Shown here: positions 38,575 to 53,149 of the stretch, piece by piece
Layout of the letters: each line of letters starts with the position of its first letter
Numbering within the stretch: position 1 is the first letter of the stretch
NCBI RefSeq assembly: GCF_009914755.1
Contig: NC_060937.1
DNA: 64,000 nucleotides
Source of the DNA: the human T2T-CHM13v2.0 reference genome, Homo sapiens
Direction: 5' to 3' (one strand)
Program-made: the position numbers and the translations under genes
The notes under the pieces: model-generated
The model's input: only the letters and a program-made list of their open reading frames with translations
Databases searched by the model: none
Told to the model about the DNA's origin: nothing

Positions 38575-41485
38575 CAGTGCTTGTTTGCCCACACATAAGC
38601 ATTATGTGATATTAGTCTACTTTGTTGTTGCCAAACTCTGTTCAAAGTGTTTCCTCTACCTCAGATTCTTTTTGGCTGGTTTTAGTTCAGCATCTCTATC
38701 CATGGTCTCAGAACTAGCTCAGGGCAAGGCTCCTCTGATTTTTCTTTCTAACTCTCCTCCTTCCCTTTCCTTGCCACCCTCTAGCGTGTCTTTGAGCTAT
38801 GTGTGATAGCAGGTTTTACTGGGGTGATTTATAAATAGGTCATCTCTCCCCTCTTGCACTGTGGAGTACTGGGGGGCACCACCAGCGCTGGCTGCTGTGG
38901 GGTCTTTGTGCCCTCCCTCGGTCTCCTTCAGCAAGCTGGGCCCTTAAGCTCTTGTGCCAAGAGAAGGGACAGACAGGGCAGAGTGGAGGAGTGGGCATGG
39001 GGCGCTGCTGATCAGAGAAAGGGTAGCCTGGTGGCCAACAGCACGTCCAAGAACACTGTATGAGCAAAAGTGGCAGGGAAATCCGGGAAGTGGGAGCTCA
39101 CAAACCAAGTGCTAACACTTACAGGGTGTGGTTCCACAGCTGCCCTTTGGCTCGACCCACAATCCTTTATACAGCCATTTCTAGCTTATTTCCAGCCCCC
39201 AGCTCAGTGCTGACTCATGTGAATGTTGGCCAGACGCTCTGGCTTGTGTGGTTATTGGCTTCCTCTCCCTTTGTTGCATACAGTCCTCTGTTTGCCTTTC
39301 TACAGAGTACAGCAATGCATAGCTGCAAATTTGAGAATCTCATTCTAGTGCGGTAGGTCAGTCCACAAATACTCTCTGAGTGCCAGCTCCATGCCAGCTA
39401 TTGAGATGAACACCACCAGGACTATGCTGGGAAAACAGCAAACATGGTGCTGGTATTGCAGGGAGATCACAGAGGGAAAATTATCCTCAACCTGGAGGGA
39501 TGGCTTCTTAGCTCAATGATGTCCTTTCCCAGCTTCTCTCTTGGAGATATTTTGTCTTTGGAACTGGCAGCCACATGACAGCCATGTGTTGCTCCCTGAT
39601 TGTGGAAGGGTCTCAGTATCCTGAGTGCTTGGGGTGCACCCAAAAGACAAACACCACTTATGTCAAAACGCAGGCCCCAGAGTTAAGGAAAAGTCTGTTT
39701 CTATCACTAACATAGCATCTGGAAGAAATAGAAAATGGCTATTTCCTAATTACTGTTAAAGTGTATTAAGCCAACATCCATGTATGCTTTTCCTCTCCTT
39801 CATTCACTGAAGGACTTTCAAAGAAATTGCACCCCTTGCACTTAGCATGGTGTCTGTGTGACTTAGTCAATGAGCCGTTAGGCACTGCAGATACCGTTTG
39901 TTCAGTCAAGATGGATAGCCCTGCCTTATCACTGCGTAACGCCTTGGAGGCCATAGGCTATCTCTGCACATCTCCCTTAATTGCCTGGTGTATTTATGTG
40001 GGTTGACTAGTTTGTTGCCATCTGCATAGCTGGGTTGTTTAATATATTTTTCTTTGTTCTGCTAATGACCTGAGCTTCATTACATGCTGATAAAGAATCC
40101 TAAAATGTACATAGAAAACTGACGAAGAACGAACTGGCCCTGGCCCTGAACAGAACAGGCATGCCACTATGCCGGCTGCCCAGACTCAGCATTTGTCGTT
40201 ACAGGAAGGAATGGCTTTCTGTTTGCATTTTAGGAAAACTTCACCTTTTAAACATTTCAAATGGAAAAAAAAGTATGCGATTTTTTTTTTTTGAGGTTTT
40301 ACTGATATGAGCTACAAATAGCTTCTTGGAAGCCAGTCAGAACTCTCTTTTCAATAATGTTGAAACATTTTCCTTTGACTGGAAATTAATACCTTCAATT
40401 TAGAAGAACTCTAGTTAGAAGTTTATAGCACAAATATAGCCCCATGTAACTAAGGGAATCTTGGAGAATTTTCTGATGTCAAAAAACAGAGCGGTGTTAG
40501 CTCATTTTAAAAAATTGTTCTAGTCAAATATAAAGCAAAAAATCCCATTTTTAATTTAATTTTTATAATATTTAAGAATCATTTCAGAGATAAAGTACTT
40601 CTGTTTTTTAATATAGCAAAAGAGATTATTATGATAGAGAATAATTATATAAATTAGGATTTTAGGCTAAGAAAAATGGTCTTCTGTTGGAGTGGATGGT
40701 TGTGGTTTTCACTTGTTAGTTGTCTGGTGTTATTTTACATAGGCTTTTTCAAAATTTGTTTTATGTCAATTTCTGTCAATTTTCTTAGTGAAACACTGTT
40801 TCTAGACTTCCACTTATACTAATTGCACCTTGATTGGATTATTTGCTGATTTGTTTTTTGGGCTTTTTGTTGTTGTTGGAGGTAAGAGTAAGAGGAAAAA
40901 CTACTTCCAGCACATGAATGGAAAAGAATCACTTTGCTGTTTGACGTTGCTTGAGGAGACAATGTTTGTGACAGTTGCATGTATTCGTATGTTTGTAATT
41001 TATTCTTGTGAACAGCTGATACTGTTTTAGGGCATCAGGTCAGGATGAGCTAAATGTACAGTTCTAATCAATCAAGACAAATGATGGTACTATCACAATT
41101 CCATCTCCAGAGGCAGGCCCTCTCCACTGTAGCTCCCAGCTTCACCCAGGGACAAAGCTACAGAAAGGGAGGCATACTGACCCTGCCAAAGTTCCTTCTT
41201 CATTCCTGATTCATTCCATCTCCAAACCCACCTGTGTCCTGTGGCCCTCCTACTGCTTACAAAACTGTTCCCATTATTGCTGCAATCTGATTCACATAGG
41301 CAAAATTGGCAGTAGCCATTGTGTGCAAAGCATTCCGTTGAATGTAGGGGCAATTTAAAAATGAAGACATAATCTTTTCCCTGTAGGAACTTACTATCTT
41401 ATTTGTGTTATTCATATTCAGTGAGTAATAATTTCAGTGTGAATATGTAATATAATATAATAGGTTGATATATAAAGAAACCCCA

Positions 41486-41777
<292 letters not shown>

Positions 41778-42190
41778 CCCATATAGAATTTGACACATAG
41801 ACAGTGGACTTGAAGGGAAGGGAGATAAATTCAAACAGGGACACGTCAGCCAAGACTTTCTTCTCTTCTTGTTTCTCTTCCCACCTCTGTCCTGAAGACC
41901 TTGAGAGGCCTTAAAGCCAGGAGCTGAGAGGGGAAGGGCACTCCCAGCCAGCACTAGCTCTCAGCCTGGATGGTGTCCTCACAGAGGCAGGGGGATGGTG
42001 CTCCAGGATAGCATGCAGCAGCAGCTCCTACTCCAGGTGTAGCAGCCAGGATAGGTTTTTTCACCTTTCATCCATCTTTATCATTTATTCAGTTTTCATG
42101 GTTATCTTGTGAAGCAGATGGCAATGGCGGTGTCCCCATATTATAAGCAGAAAACTGTGAATTGGAGGATTAGGTAACTGTTGGATTCTT

Positions 42191-42264
42191 TTTTTTTTTT
42201 TTTTTTGAGACAGGGTCTTGCTCTTTCGTCCAGGCTGGAGTGAAGTGGTGTGGTTGTGGCTCCT
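42191..42264 (-). mobile_element. Severely 5'-truncated Alu inserted in a MIR-like sequence
   Basis: Poly-T plus ~55 nt of Alu 3' end. TSD CTG(T/C)TGGATTCTT at 42178-42190 and 42265-42277. Confidence 0.88.
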
Positions 42265-42409
42265 CTGCTGGATTCTTACAGTGTTGGGAGCGGAAGCTGT
42301 GGTACCTGTGTTCTGTCTCCCACCCACGGCCCAGTTGCTCAGCAGAATTATGTGAAAGCTTCCAAATGTGTGTTTTGAAGAAATCAAAGAATGTAACAGA
42401 GTAGGTGAG

Positions 42410-42612
42410 GGTGTGGAGCCTGGAGCAAGAAGACACTTGCTTGTGTTTAGTCTTGTCTTGGCCACTTCTTAGGTTGTGACCTCGGGCATACTGTGTCAAT
42501 CTTTCTGAGCTGGGTTTTCTCACCTGTAAAATGGAGAGAATAACAGCACCAATTTTGCAGAGTTGTGCTTAGGATTACAGCAGCCAATGCGTGGAAAGCA
42601 CTTAGCCCAGTT
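42410..42612 (+). mobile_element. MIR SINE
   Basis: GCCACTTCTTAGGTTGTGACCTCGGGCA..TTTTCTCACCTGTAAAATGG..GGAAAGCACTTAGC. Confidence 0.85.
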
Positions 42613-43365
42613 ACTGATGATCAAATGGTATGTGCGAAATCAGCACTTGCTGCTGCCCTATCATTATTATTACTGAATCCCATATTTTTGTTTTCAACTT
42701 AAAAGCATAGGCTTTGGCTTAAGGAACATTAGAAATCCTCCTCATTGGTCTCTTCACAGAGGAGGAAAAAGAGGACCAGGGAGGGGGTCTGTCTGGTTAA
42801 GAAGAGGCAGGGAGCCCCTGTACAGCCCATCCCTTGAATCCTGCTCGCTCAGCGCATTCGTTCCCCACCCTTCCCCCTCATTAATATGTTCACACATTGC
42901 CAACGCCTGAGTTCTTTTCTCCTTCCCCACAGCATACACTAAACCTCTAGGGAGACAATACACCTACTCTCCAGGAGATGGAGTGGTGGGAGGAGGGAGG
43001 AATTTTCCAAATAGCCCACAGGATCATGAAGGCTTTTCCTCACATGTTGGTTTTTATCACCTCGGACCATTGGTCACAGAATCTGGTCTGGACCTTGTGC
43101 CACTGTGGGAGGATGGCCATAGGAGAAAAAGAAAAAGCATCGCTCCCTGTGGCTCCAGTGGACACACGCGTGCTTTCCTCACCTTTCTATCACCAGAGCC
43201 CCAAGACCTAGCATGCACTTGCCACTGTGCCCTGGAAGCTGAGTCACTCTCATCTAAGTGGATGGCAGGTCATTTTGTTACATGGTTTGGGGAAAAGATT
43301 ACAACACCAAAGTTGTCACTACTTTAAATTCTATCCATGTGCCAGTTCAGTGTAACGATATACTA

Positions 43366-43391
43366 TGTGTGTGTGTGTGTGTGTGTGTGTG
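43366..43391. repeat. (TG)n microsatellite
   Basis: Directly visible. Confidence 0.95.
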
Positions 43392-44839
43392 CACACGCAC
43401 TTAGAAGAGAGGGTGTTCTCTGCCAAGCTGCTTGCTACTCCACTGCCTTAACCTCTCTCTCTATCACACTCAGTCGCAGTTGGGTTGATGACTCCCATAT
43501 TCGGCTGAGAAGTGAGTGTAATTGTAAGGCACAGGCATGATATTTCAAGACCTTTACAGCATGAGAAGTAAAATCCTTTTCTCAGTCAGCTGAGAGCCCC
43601 TGTTATATGTGTTCCTGACCCCCAAACCCCTCATTTCTCAAGTTTCATGGCTGGAACTTTCTTCATTCTCAACTCCCCCTTTGGTACCCTCCCAATCCAG
43701 GCGGTTGTGTGTCTGGCTCACTCTGGCCTTTATCTCCTTTCTGAGCTCAGTGACTAGCTCTATTCTGAAGGCACAGGGTCCTGCTGGCTCCATGCTGCAG
43801 CTTCCAGCCCAGGTGAGTGAGGCAGTTGTTGGAGGTATTGACCCCACCCATGAAGCCACCACAATGCCATACTTGATGTTTAGGTTGCCGCTGTTAACCT
43901 CCAAAAGGAGATAACCTGATAAACATGGCTGTCCTCATGTTAATTTACTCTTTACTGAATAGCTACCAGGTGGAGTCAAAAGTTGGGATTTGGCTTCTCT
44001 GAACAGGGGATGTAATAAACTCATAGCCTTAATCTTTCACCCCTTTTGATCAAAAACTGCAAGATGATCATTACTCATTTCATATGATAAGTGTGTCCTT
44101 GAACATGAAATGGAAACAATTGAGGAGGAGAAAGAAAAAAGAGCTGTGTTTTAAGTCCAAAAAACCATTGCAAAAACATGGGCAATTAAGCAAATATTTG
44201 TTTATTACCTATTGTGTATGATGCTAAAGGTCTAAAGAGGAGTAAAACAAGTCCCTAACACCAAGTAGCTTGTAGCCTAATTATGGAGACAGAAGCACAT
44301 AGCCAACCACATTTCAGATCAGACTTTGTCCAAGGAAGTGCTATTATGATGGTATTAATCAATTAGAAAAGCAAGTTGCAAAATAACCTTTACATTAGAT
44401 TATGTCAACTACTATTATAATTAGTTATAAAAATGTGTTTCTTCTATGGATACACAATGTCTTGGGGCTCATGTCCTCTCTATAGGCAGGCCCCCATGTA
44501 CCTATATTCATCCACCTGCCACCACCACCACATCTATCTGAAATCCGTTTGTCCATCTTTTCTCTGCCATTCACCAGGACATTAGCAGACATATAGAATC
44601 ACTGGAAGTCATTTTCATGTTCCATTTTTGGAATGGTAGAATGCCACTCCTGTTTTTTTAAAACAGTTTTACACATATAACCATGAAAAAGTAAAGCATT
44701 ATTATTTCCCGCTATTGAGATCTAGAATAAGTGGCTTGTTAAACAGTCTTTGGGTTTTAGAAGGTGTGTATGCTACTTGGAAGAAAGAGCTTTGTGTAAA
44801 TTACCTCCTTTCCCACCCAAGAAATTCCACTTCCAAATT

Positions 44840-44925
44840 AAGAAAGAGAGAGAAAGAGAGAGAGAAAGGAAAGAAGGAAGGGGGGAGAGAGAGAAAGGGA
44901 AAGAAAGAGAAAGAGGAAGAGAGAA
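44840..44925. repeat. GA-rich low-complexity tract
   Basis: Directly visible. Confidence 0.9.
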
Positions 44926-47361
44926 GTATTAATCTGCAAACTACCTGCCTGAGTGTGAAGCACACATGGTGTTGGCCATTGCTGTCCCTGTGGCTCTGGG
45001 GTCTCTTAATTGCTTGGATTAGGACTGAGGTGAAGGTCAGAACTGGATAGCCTACCCACTATTTCCAGAGTGCAGGAAGTTACAGTTTGGTGTAGATATG
45101 GGATTGGTAATCAGATGACCTTTTGTTCTGTGCACAGGTGATGGGTGAAGGGCAGACCTAATTAAAACCATCCAATATATTAAGCATCTCCGTTGTCATT
45201 AATTTTCAGCCGTGCATGAGCTCACGATGCCTGGTCCTGCAGGAGTCACAAGTTTGCTCTGAAATGTCAAAACTCAAACACTTCTCAGCTTTCCTCTCAG
45301 TTCTGATTCCTATTCCCACCTTCCCCACAGCAGAGGTCAGGCACACTATTTTGAAATACTAGTAAAATGTGCAGTGGGGAACAATACATGTATGTTAACT
45401 TTGAGGAAGCCAGACGCTCCTGAGAGGGTCTTGGGGGCCTTAATAAAGCATTTCAAGGAAGCAGAGTATCAAATTAATGCTTTTTGTGCTAAAAACATTA
45501 AGGTATTTAGATGTGTTATTCTAATCCCTGTTTCAGCATGGGAACAGAAGGATCTAATATCTTTTATTTAAATCCCAGCCTTCCTAGACTGCTCCATTCT
45601 TTTCAGTCTAGTACAGGAAGAGACAGACTATAACCGATTGATTTCAGTGACTATAAAACTGTATATAATTCACAACATACAACCCATTCAACTTTTACAT
45701 GAAATGCGCTTGCCCAGATCTTAATACATTCCACATCATTTAGTAGAGATGTCAGGTTTTCAGAAGCTAGACTCCTGTCAGAACGCCACTTTAATTGTTC
45801 TGTTTTTGTGGACATGCGATAAAATTGTCACAGACGCAAGTACCGATGCATAAATTCTGAACCCCCAAGCAAAGTATCCTTATTTCAAAGTGAGCCCTTT
45901 CTCAGTTGTGGAGTAAACCGATCTTGAGCAGACAGGGTGTCCTCCTGTTTTTCTGAGAGCCCCTCTGCAAGTCTCAGCTGCAGAGGCAGCATTTATGGCT
46001 TGAGTACAGGATCGAGTTTTAAGGGTTTTGTTCAGTTAATAAAGAATATCAAGTTGCCCTCACCACTAACAACTGTAGGATAGCTGACCTGTAACTCCTG
46101 TTTCAAAGAAGACAATGCTCATAGGATGTTGAAGCAGTCACCAGTCATCATGTAGTAATTAAGATCAGTAAAATATATGTAGAGAGAGATGGCCATATAT
46201 ATGCCTCATGTCTAAATCAATTGTTATGGCTTCTTCCCTTTAAAAATTTTTGGTTTTCAAGGACATTATTAGAGCCTGAAATCAGAATTTAGACGCCATA
46301 TAAAGGTATCTTCAGGTAAACAGAATAGCTAGTCTTAAAATTCTTTATATTTGAGGACTTAACATCCAACGTAAGAGGTGCAGTACACTTTAAGACACTA
46401 GCAAGATTTTTTTCAAGGTCTTTTAAAAGGACTTGTAGAAGAACCAAGACTATATTTTGTGTGTATATGTTGGGAGGTGCATATAACACTGAAATAATTA
46501 AAATTAAACTTCCTATCATTATTAAATATTGAAAATGAGTTAAATGAACCCTTTACACAACAAGGAAATTATTAGTAAATGTTAATGTATTTTTGCAGTA
46601 GCATATTAACATACATAATATTTTCTAAAAGCTCTCTCTTTATTTGTGGAGTGTGAAGAAGAGCTCAAATTCTGTTTTTGAAAGTTGAGTTATAAAGAAT
46701 CTCTTTTGGAATATGGAAACATTTAACCTTAGTATTTTTGAGAAATGATACTTATACCCTGTTAAATAATTTTTGTACTTATACAATGCTGTGGAAATTT
46801 CAAGCTTTCCACAATTTAATATATGCTCAAATATATGTGTTAAATTCCTAAAATTACCATGGAATTGCAGCACTAAGATAAAAAGCAAGATGCTTGCACA
46901 GCTGCCTGCCTCTCCCCTCACCTTTGCAGAGACTCCTGGTGTTGTGACCTTAGCACCTGTTCAACTGCAGTGTCACTGAAAGGAAAGGACCTATGCCTGG
47001 TATTGCCAAAATATGGTGGATGTTATCAAAACATACATGTTTCAGCCATACCAAAATAATACCGTCAGTACATCTGGGCTCTTACATTACTTGTTCAACA
47101 AATCCTGGAGCGTGTTGACCTGTATTTCTCAAGAGTGGCTGGATAGCATCAGGGTTTGTCATTAAGTCATGCATGTTTTATCACCAATAATGAGATATAC
47201 GTTTGTCATATTAGTCAGTCAGCAAGTTAAATCCTTATTCTACTGGGCACTGTGTTAAATAGTCATTTGTAGTGCAAAGATATTACAGAGGCATTCTGTT
47301 GTGGTGGAATCTGATTCTAGGCTTAAATCATTGCACAAAGAGCAAATAGGTGGTTGAGCTA

Positions 47362-47484
47362 AGCTGGGCAAAGTGATGCACACCTGCGGCCTCAGCTGCT
47401 TGGGAGGCTGCGGCAGGAGGATCGCTTGAGACCAGGAGTTCAAGACCAGCATGGGCAACATAAGGAGATCCTGTCTCAAAAAAA
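47362..47484 (+). mobile_element. FLAM Alu monomer, followed by a TA-rich tract to ~47590
   Basis: GGAGGATCGCTTGAGACCAGGAGTTCAAGACCAGCATGGGCAACATA. Confidence 0.87.
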
Positions 47485-47845
47485 GTATATGTATATAAAA
47501 TATAATATATATTAGCACAGTATATATATATACACACACATATGATAAGGTATATATATACCTTATATATTATTTATTAAATATAAATAATTTGTTTGGA
47601 TGATTTGTATCATGCAGCACCCCCAAGACTACTTGTAAATGTTTGGTAAGCTGGTATTTATTAAGCCTTCAAAGTGCTTTTGTGAGGTGTTATGCAGGGG
47701 CTGGGGGTGAGCTTTTAATAGTTGAAGCATTATGATCTAAAGAGGCCAGGAAAAAAAACTAAGCTTAGGTGTTAGCTTTTCCCAGGAGAGCCCTTTGTAA
47801 GGACAAAGATTGTTGTCAGCCATGTGTCATTAAAAGCTGTCACAA

Positions 47846-48274
<429 letters not shown>

Positions 48275-50377
48275 TCACAGGACAAGTGGGCTGTTTTTAT
48301 CTGCTTTCCATGAGTGATGCATTTAGATCTCACAGAGGTGGCCAGTCATTTATGTATTCCTTTCATCCTCTCCATCTGTGCATAGGCTTTCAGAATTGCA
48401 CACTAATAGCCTGCTCCTAGGTCTGTTGTTTATATGAAAGTTAAGATAGTTTTGTTTAAATAGAACTGTATTTTTTTTCTATTACGCTTAATTATGGGTG
48501 GAGATGTAGCTAGTCTTGGAATCATGATTTTGGTAGTTAGTCACCATTTATTGAATGTCTGCTGTACAAATCTTAAATTAGACATTTGGAGAAGGGTGAG
48601 GAAAGGGAGGGATAGAAAAGAAATGAAAGATGTCATCTCTGTCCTTGTGAAGGTTAGAGAGAAAAACATATTCCCCCATGATGGATATAACCAATTATGT
48701 TGAATAGTTTATGGAAAGAAATGTACTGATTAAATAATTTTTTAAAAAGTGAATTCTTAAAACTTTTATGTCACCTGTCTGCTCTTTCATGATGCAGCTG
48801 ATGGCGTTAGGGAAAGAATGTTAACTCAAGTCACATGACATTTTGTAGGAAATCCCCTCTTTTATATTCAGATGTGGTTTTGAAATGTCTAAGGATTCCG
48901 AGAAATGCTTCCATGGGAGGGGCTCCATAACACCTTCATCTCTAGAGGAAATACTGGCATAGGATTTCCAGAATTTTTTGCTGCAAAAACAACCAAAGCT
49001 AGAAACGCTCATCCCTGAAAGTCTGTGCCTGTGGCTCATTTAACAATGGGGTGCACGTAGTCACTCTGAAACCCATTCGCTCATGGATTGTTCTTTTCTC
49101 TGTCAGCACTCACCTTGCTTTTCAAAATACGTCCCACCTTAGACCCAACCCTTGTGAGGCTGCCTCTTGGTCAAACACTGCATTCTTTGAAATAAAAACT
49201 GAACTGCTCTCACCTTTCCTTCGTTGTTGCATCTCTCTAAGGCACACTCTCTTGCAGCTTCCTCAGTTACAGCTCCTCGCCATGTGTAAGTTTTTATAGT
49301 GAGGGAGCTTTTATAGTGAGGGAGCACTTACATCTACCTTAGAACTATTGAGTGATTGAGTTGAAATTTTCTTTCTTTGTGCCTCTAGATAAGCTAACCC
49401 ACAGGTACCTATTGGGCTCGCCTGAATGCACCCCCATTCCTGCCACTATCCTTTCCCACTACTGCCCTCCCAACCCCAAATTCTATATCTGCCACTGTGC
49501 TCCAGGGGCCATTCCAAGCTGCCCAAATTATCTACTTTTAGAATTTAGGGCTACAATGAAATATACCAAAATCTGGGCCATGAGATTAAGTTTTGAGGGA
49601 GCCGCACAGTTTGGATCCGAGCACAGATGTTCCAGAAGGGAACGACTGTCCAGAAGGCCTGGACACCTGGGTTGTGTCCTGCACAAATGTACTAAATGCA
49701 TCTGAAGAAAGAACACAGTAGACAGAAGGGATGTGGTCAGCCATGGAGGCATTTAATAAATAGGATTGGTTAATTAATTTTAGGTTTTAGACTCAAATAT
49801 CACATGTTTGTATATCTATCTAATTAAGCTATGAGATTTTTAAAGGTACTGAAGTTTTTGACTGACTGCCATGAAAAAGAAGATGTTATATTTTATTTAA
49901 ATAACTATTTCAATAAGAAAATCCTTTTCATAGGATAGTATTTTCAACAGGAAAATGAACACTTTTCCAATTGAAATCTTCTGATATATTGGAGCACTTT
50001 ATTTTATAGTTAAATATTATGTATTTTAGGCTTGGTATTGATAAGTTGGTTTCTGTGTCATTACGAAAAACAACTTATGAAGTCTTGTTTGTTGTATTTC
50101 GGTTAGTTTTTGCCCCTACCACCTTCTTATTTGAGACACTCAGATTAAAAGAATATTTTTAATGAAATACCAATAAAATGTATACTTTCTGGGTTTCTGT
50201 TTAAAAGCAAAGAAGAAAAACCTACATATGCAAAACTTTAAGAAAGGGGATAAGATTCAGTGTTTCTTGTAATTGTTAACTGTCACTATGGAAATTTTGT
50301 ATGTATCTTATGCTATGGAAATTCAAGCTTAGCTAGAAAACATTTTTACTAGAAAGAACCTGTGGTATTGTCTAGGC

Positions 50378-50545
50378 CAGTGCTGGTGACTTGAGTATGG
50401 TCCAGAGACAAGCAGCAGCGGCAGCAGCCGGGAGCTTGTTAGAAATGCGCATTCACAGGCCCAGCCCAGGCTTTCTGATCAGAGGCTGTACCTTGACAAT
50501 CCCTCTGGGTGATTCCGATGCTCACTTAAAGCTGGAAACTCATTG
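50378..50545. mobile_element. MER5A-like hAT-Charlie element
   Basis: CAGTG...CATTG ends, internal GGGAGCTTGTTAGAAATGC, 8-bp TSD-like GTCTAGGC/ATCTAGGA. Confidence 0.8.
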
Positions 50546-50553
50546 ATCTAGGA

Positions 50554-50740
50554 CAGTGGTTTTCAAACTTCCTTTTAGTCATAAGGACTGCTACATGTAA
50601 TAAAGATGTTTTCAAATCCAGATAGTGAAAGAATTTTGTGAGTCTGGTTAATTAATATGTGTTTTGGGTCTCTAGGGGGTTCCTGGGTGGAGTTCCTTGT
50701 AACCCCTCTGGCTCAAGTGAGCTCAGTGTACAAATCTACA
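50554..50740. mobile_element. Second hAT-Charlie-type element abutting the MER5A
   Basis: Starts with TIR-like CAGTGGTTTTCAAACTT. 3' end uncertain. Confidence 0.55.
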
Positions 50741-53149
50741 ATCGAGATCCAGCCCCTCTTTGACAACCAGGCAGGTAAGATCGGAGGAGGTAAAGAATCT
50801 GCTTAGGTTTGTTCAGATGATATTGCAAGATCAGAATCAGAAACTCTGAGAGCAGGGTTTATGTATATCAGATAAATTAGTGTATGATCACTAGTTCTAT
50901 AAAAGCAGTTAGCCAAGGTTTCACTAAAGTGTTATATTTGAAATAATGTTAGAGAGCTAGTTTTTAAATTTCAGGGACATGTGTCCCATAAAATGAGATA
51001 CTCCAGGAACTGATTTTTGTAAGTCTCAAAAGAAAAACTTATTTTTCATTTTAGAATCTATTATGTTATCCAAAAAAGCAGATAGAATACTTCTCCAGTC
51101 AACTGAATGCTTTTGGTTTATATTTCTATTCATAATACACCAAAATAGGATTAAAGAAGTGCCCCCAAGCACCTAGCTTGGGTCAGCTGTGGTCTGGGGT
51201 TTTTATTTTATAGGTTGAATTATTATATGTTGGGAATACTTATTAAGTGTGGCATGTGATTCCAGGTCACAAGTTAAGATTAAGAAACAGCCGGCTTGTG
51301 CTTCCTGGCAACTTGGTATACTAAAATACTGCATATGGCTAAAGTGGAGTGGTGCCTCTTCATTTCTGTAGAAATTAGCTGTTGGACATCTGTTTTGAAC
51401 CCCTAGTGTGTGCTAGAATTATGTTTTCTCAAGGCATTACAGCTGAGGGCATAATAAATCCTTGATGAGAATTTCATGCTCCTAAAATACTACCGTATGA
51501 CTTGCTTTATATACCCTGGTCAGGTTTTCTCCTTATTTTTGCTTTTTGGGAAAGGCAGCTGTTGGATGTTCATAGATTGTACTTTAAGCCATTGGAATCC
51601 TCACTTGACTTACTTGAGATCCAAATCCCAGAGTGGCAAGCCCAGTGAGTCTATTTGACTTGCTCCTCATTTCCCATTGGTTGGCCTATCGCTAACCTCC
51701 CTAACAAAAAACCAACAACTTTAACCTCAAAAAAAACCCGGGTCTGTTTAGGTCCTTCCCTGTTCCACTCCTGAGATTTTCCGACCCCTGCAGTGTGAAG
51801 TGGCCAAGCCTTTGCCTGTGGGCTTCCTTTCTCTCCAGACCACCTTGAATTTGCTGATGGAGAGGCCAGCTTTCTTGATCAGTTGGGTGACATACGGACT
51901 TAAGGAGGAGTCGCAGCCTCAGGCCTGCTGAGTCCTGTTTAAGTTCCTGTTTTACGCTCTCTTGTGATACTTTCATGGATGCATAAGAGGAGTTGCAGAT
52001 TAAGTGATGGCCTCCTTAGTGAGGTTCCACCTCAGTGAATGAATGATTTTAATTAAAGAGTGATTAATATAATCATAAGAATCCAGACTGTAGATCCACT
52101 ATGTCCTCAGTGTCTCAGCAATTCCTTTGCACAGCCCTTAGACCAAAAGGAAAACTTAAGTTTCTAATTATTAAGTAGGTAAAGTCAAATAATTTAAGAA
52201 GTATTTATGACCCAACAACTTAGCAGACATTTGAAACAATAATGTCATTGAAAGACATACATTGAAAGAAATAATCCTTATTTCCTCCATCATTAAATAA
52301 TCATTACTGTTGACAATGGCATGTGGTGATGTACCTGTTTACCTGTTGAGCGCTGCACGACTTCTCGAACTTTAGGGTAAGCATAGCTGCTGCCTTGCTC
52401 ATTTCCTATTCCACATTGATTTTCACAAGGCATTTGCTTTTTATCATCACCGCCACGAGAGCTCAGCTTCACAACGACATATCATGAAAAGGGATGCAGT
52501 GTGATTTATTGTTGAAACTGTGAGCTACTTCCAGCTAGTATTTTGCACTGTTACCTGAGAGACATTGCTGTATTTCCCTCAAAAATTAAAAAAATTTCTG
52601 CTGCAGCATCCCCAGGGCACCTGCACACCCAGTTGGGAACCACAAGTCTGATGGCATGCATTACTCAGAGGTGTCCAGTCTTGTTTTGTTTTTCCAACAG
52701 TTAAGATGTTTCACATAATCCTATGCTAGGTGGAGTGTGAGATGCAATTGTTTTATACTTGCTAGTCAACACAGTGGTTTCACATTAATACATCACAACC
52801 ATCCCATGAGGTGGCTGGTTCTCATTTTCCTGATCCCACTCATGAAAAGCAGGGGCTCATGGACTTCCTTTCCCTGCTTAAATGGTCAATGTGTGGTGCA
52901 CAGGAAAATGTCATACTCAGGCCTTTAACTGTGGCTCCCAGGTTGTTTTCTCCAACTATATTTGATCTGTGGTTCTGTGGAGTTTCAAAACAAAATGGGA
53001 AATCACTTTTGTGTAGCCAGTTACAGTTGTGGACTGCCTCTGCCAAAAAGATCAGCCCTTGGCTTTAAGTAGCAGTTGCACAAACTAGGCGGGAATAGAT
53101 ACAGCTTAATATCCCTTCATGTTAAAATTGCTTATGTGGAGTTGACTAG

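Noticed and set aside
46640-46900. Possible hAT transposase dimerisation-domain remnant (SFPQFNICSNICVKFLKLP)
   Set aside because: Similarity is too weak to support by eye and no TIRs were identified. Needs a Dfam/HMM search.
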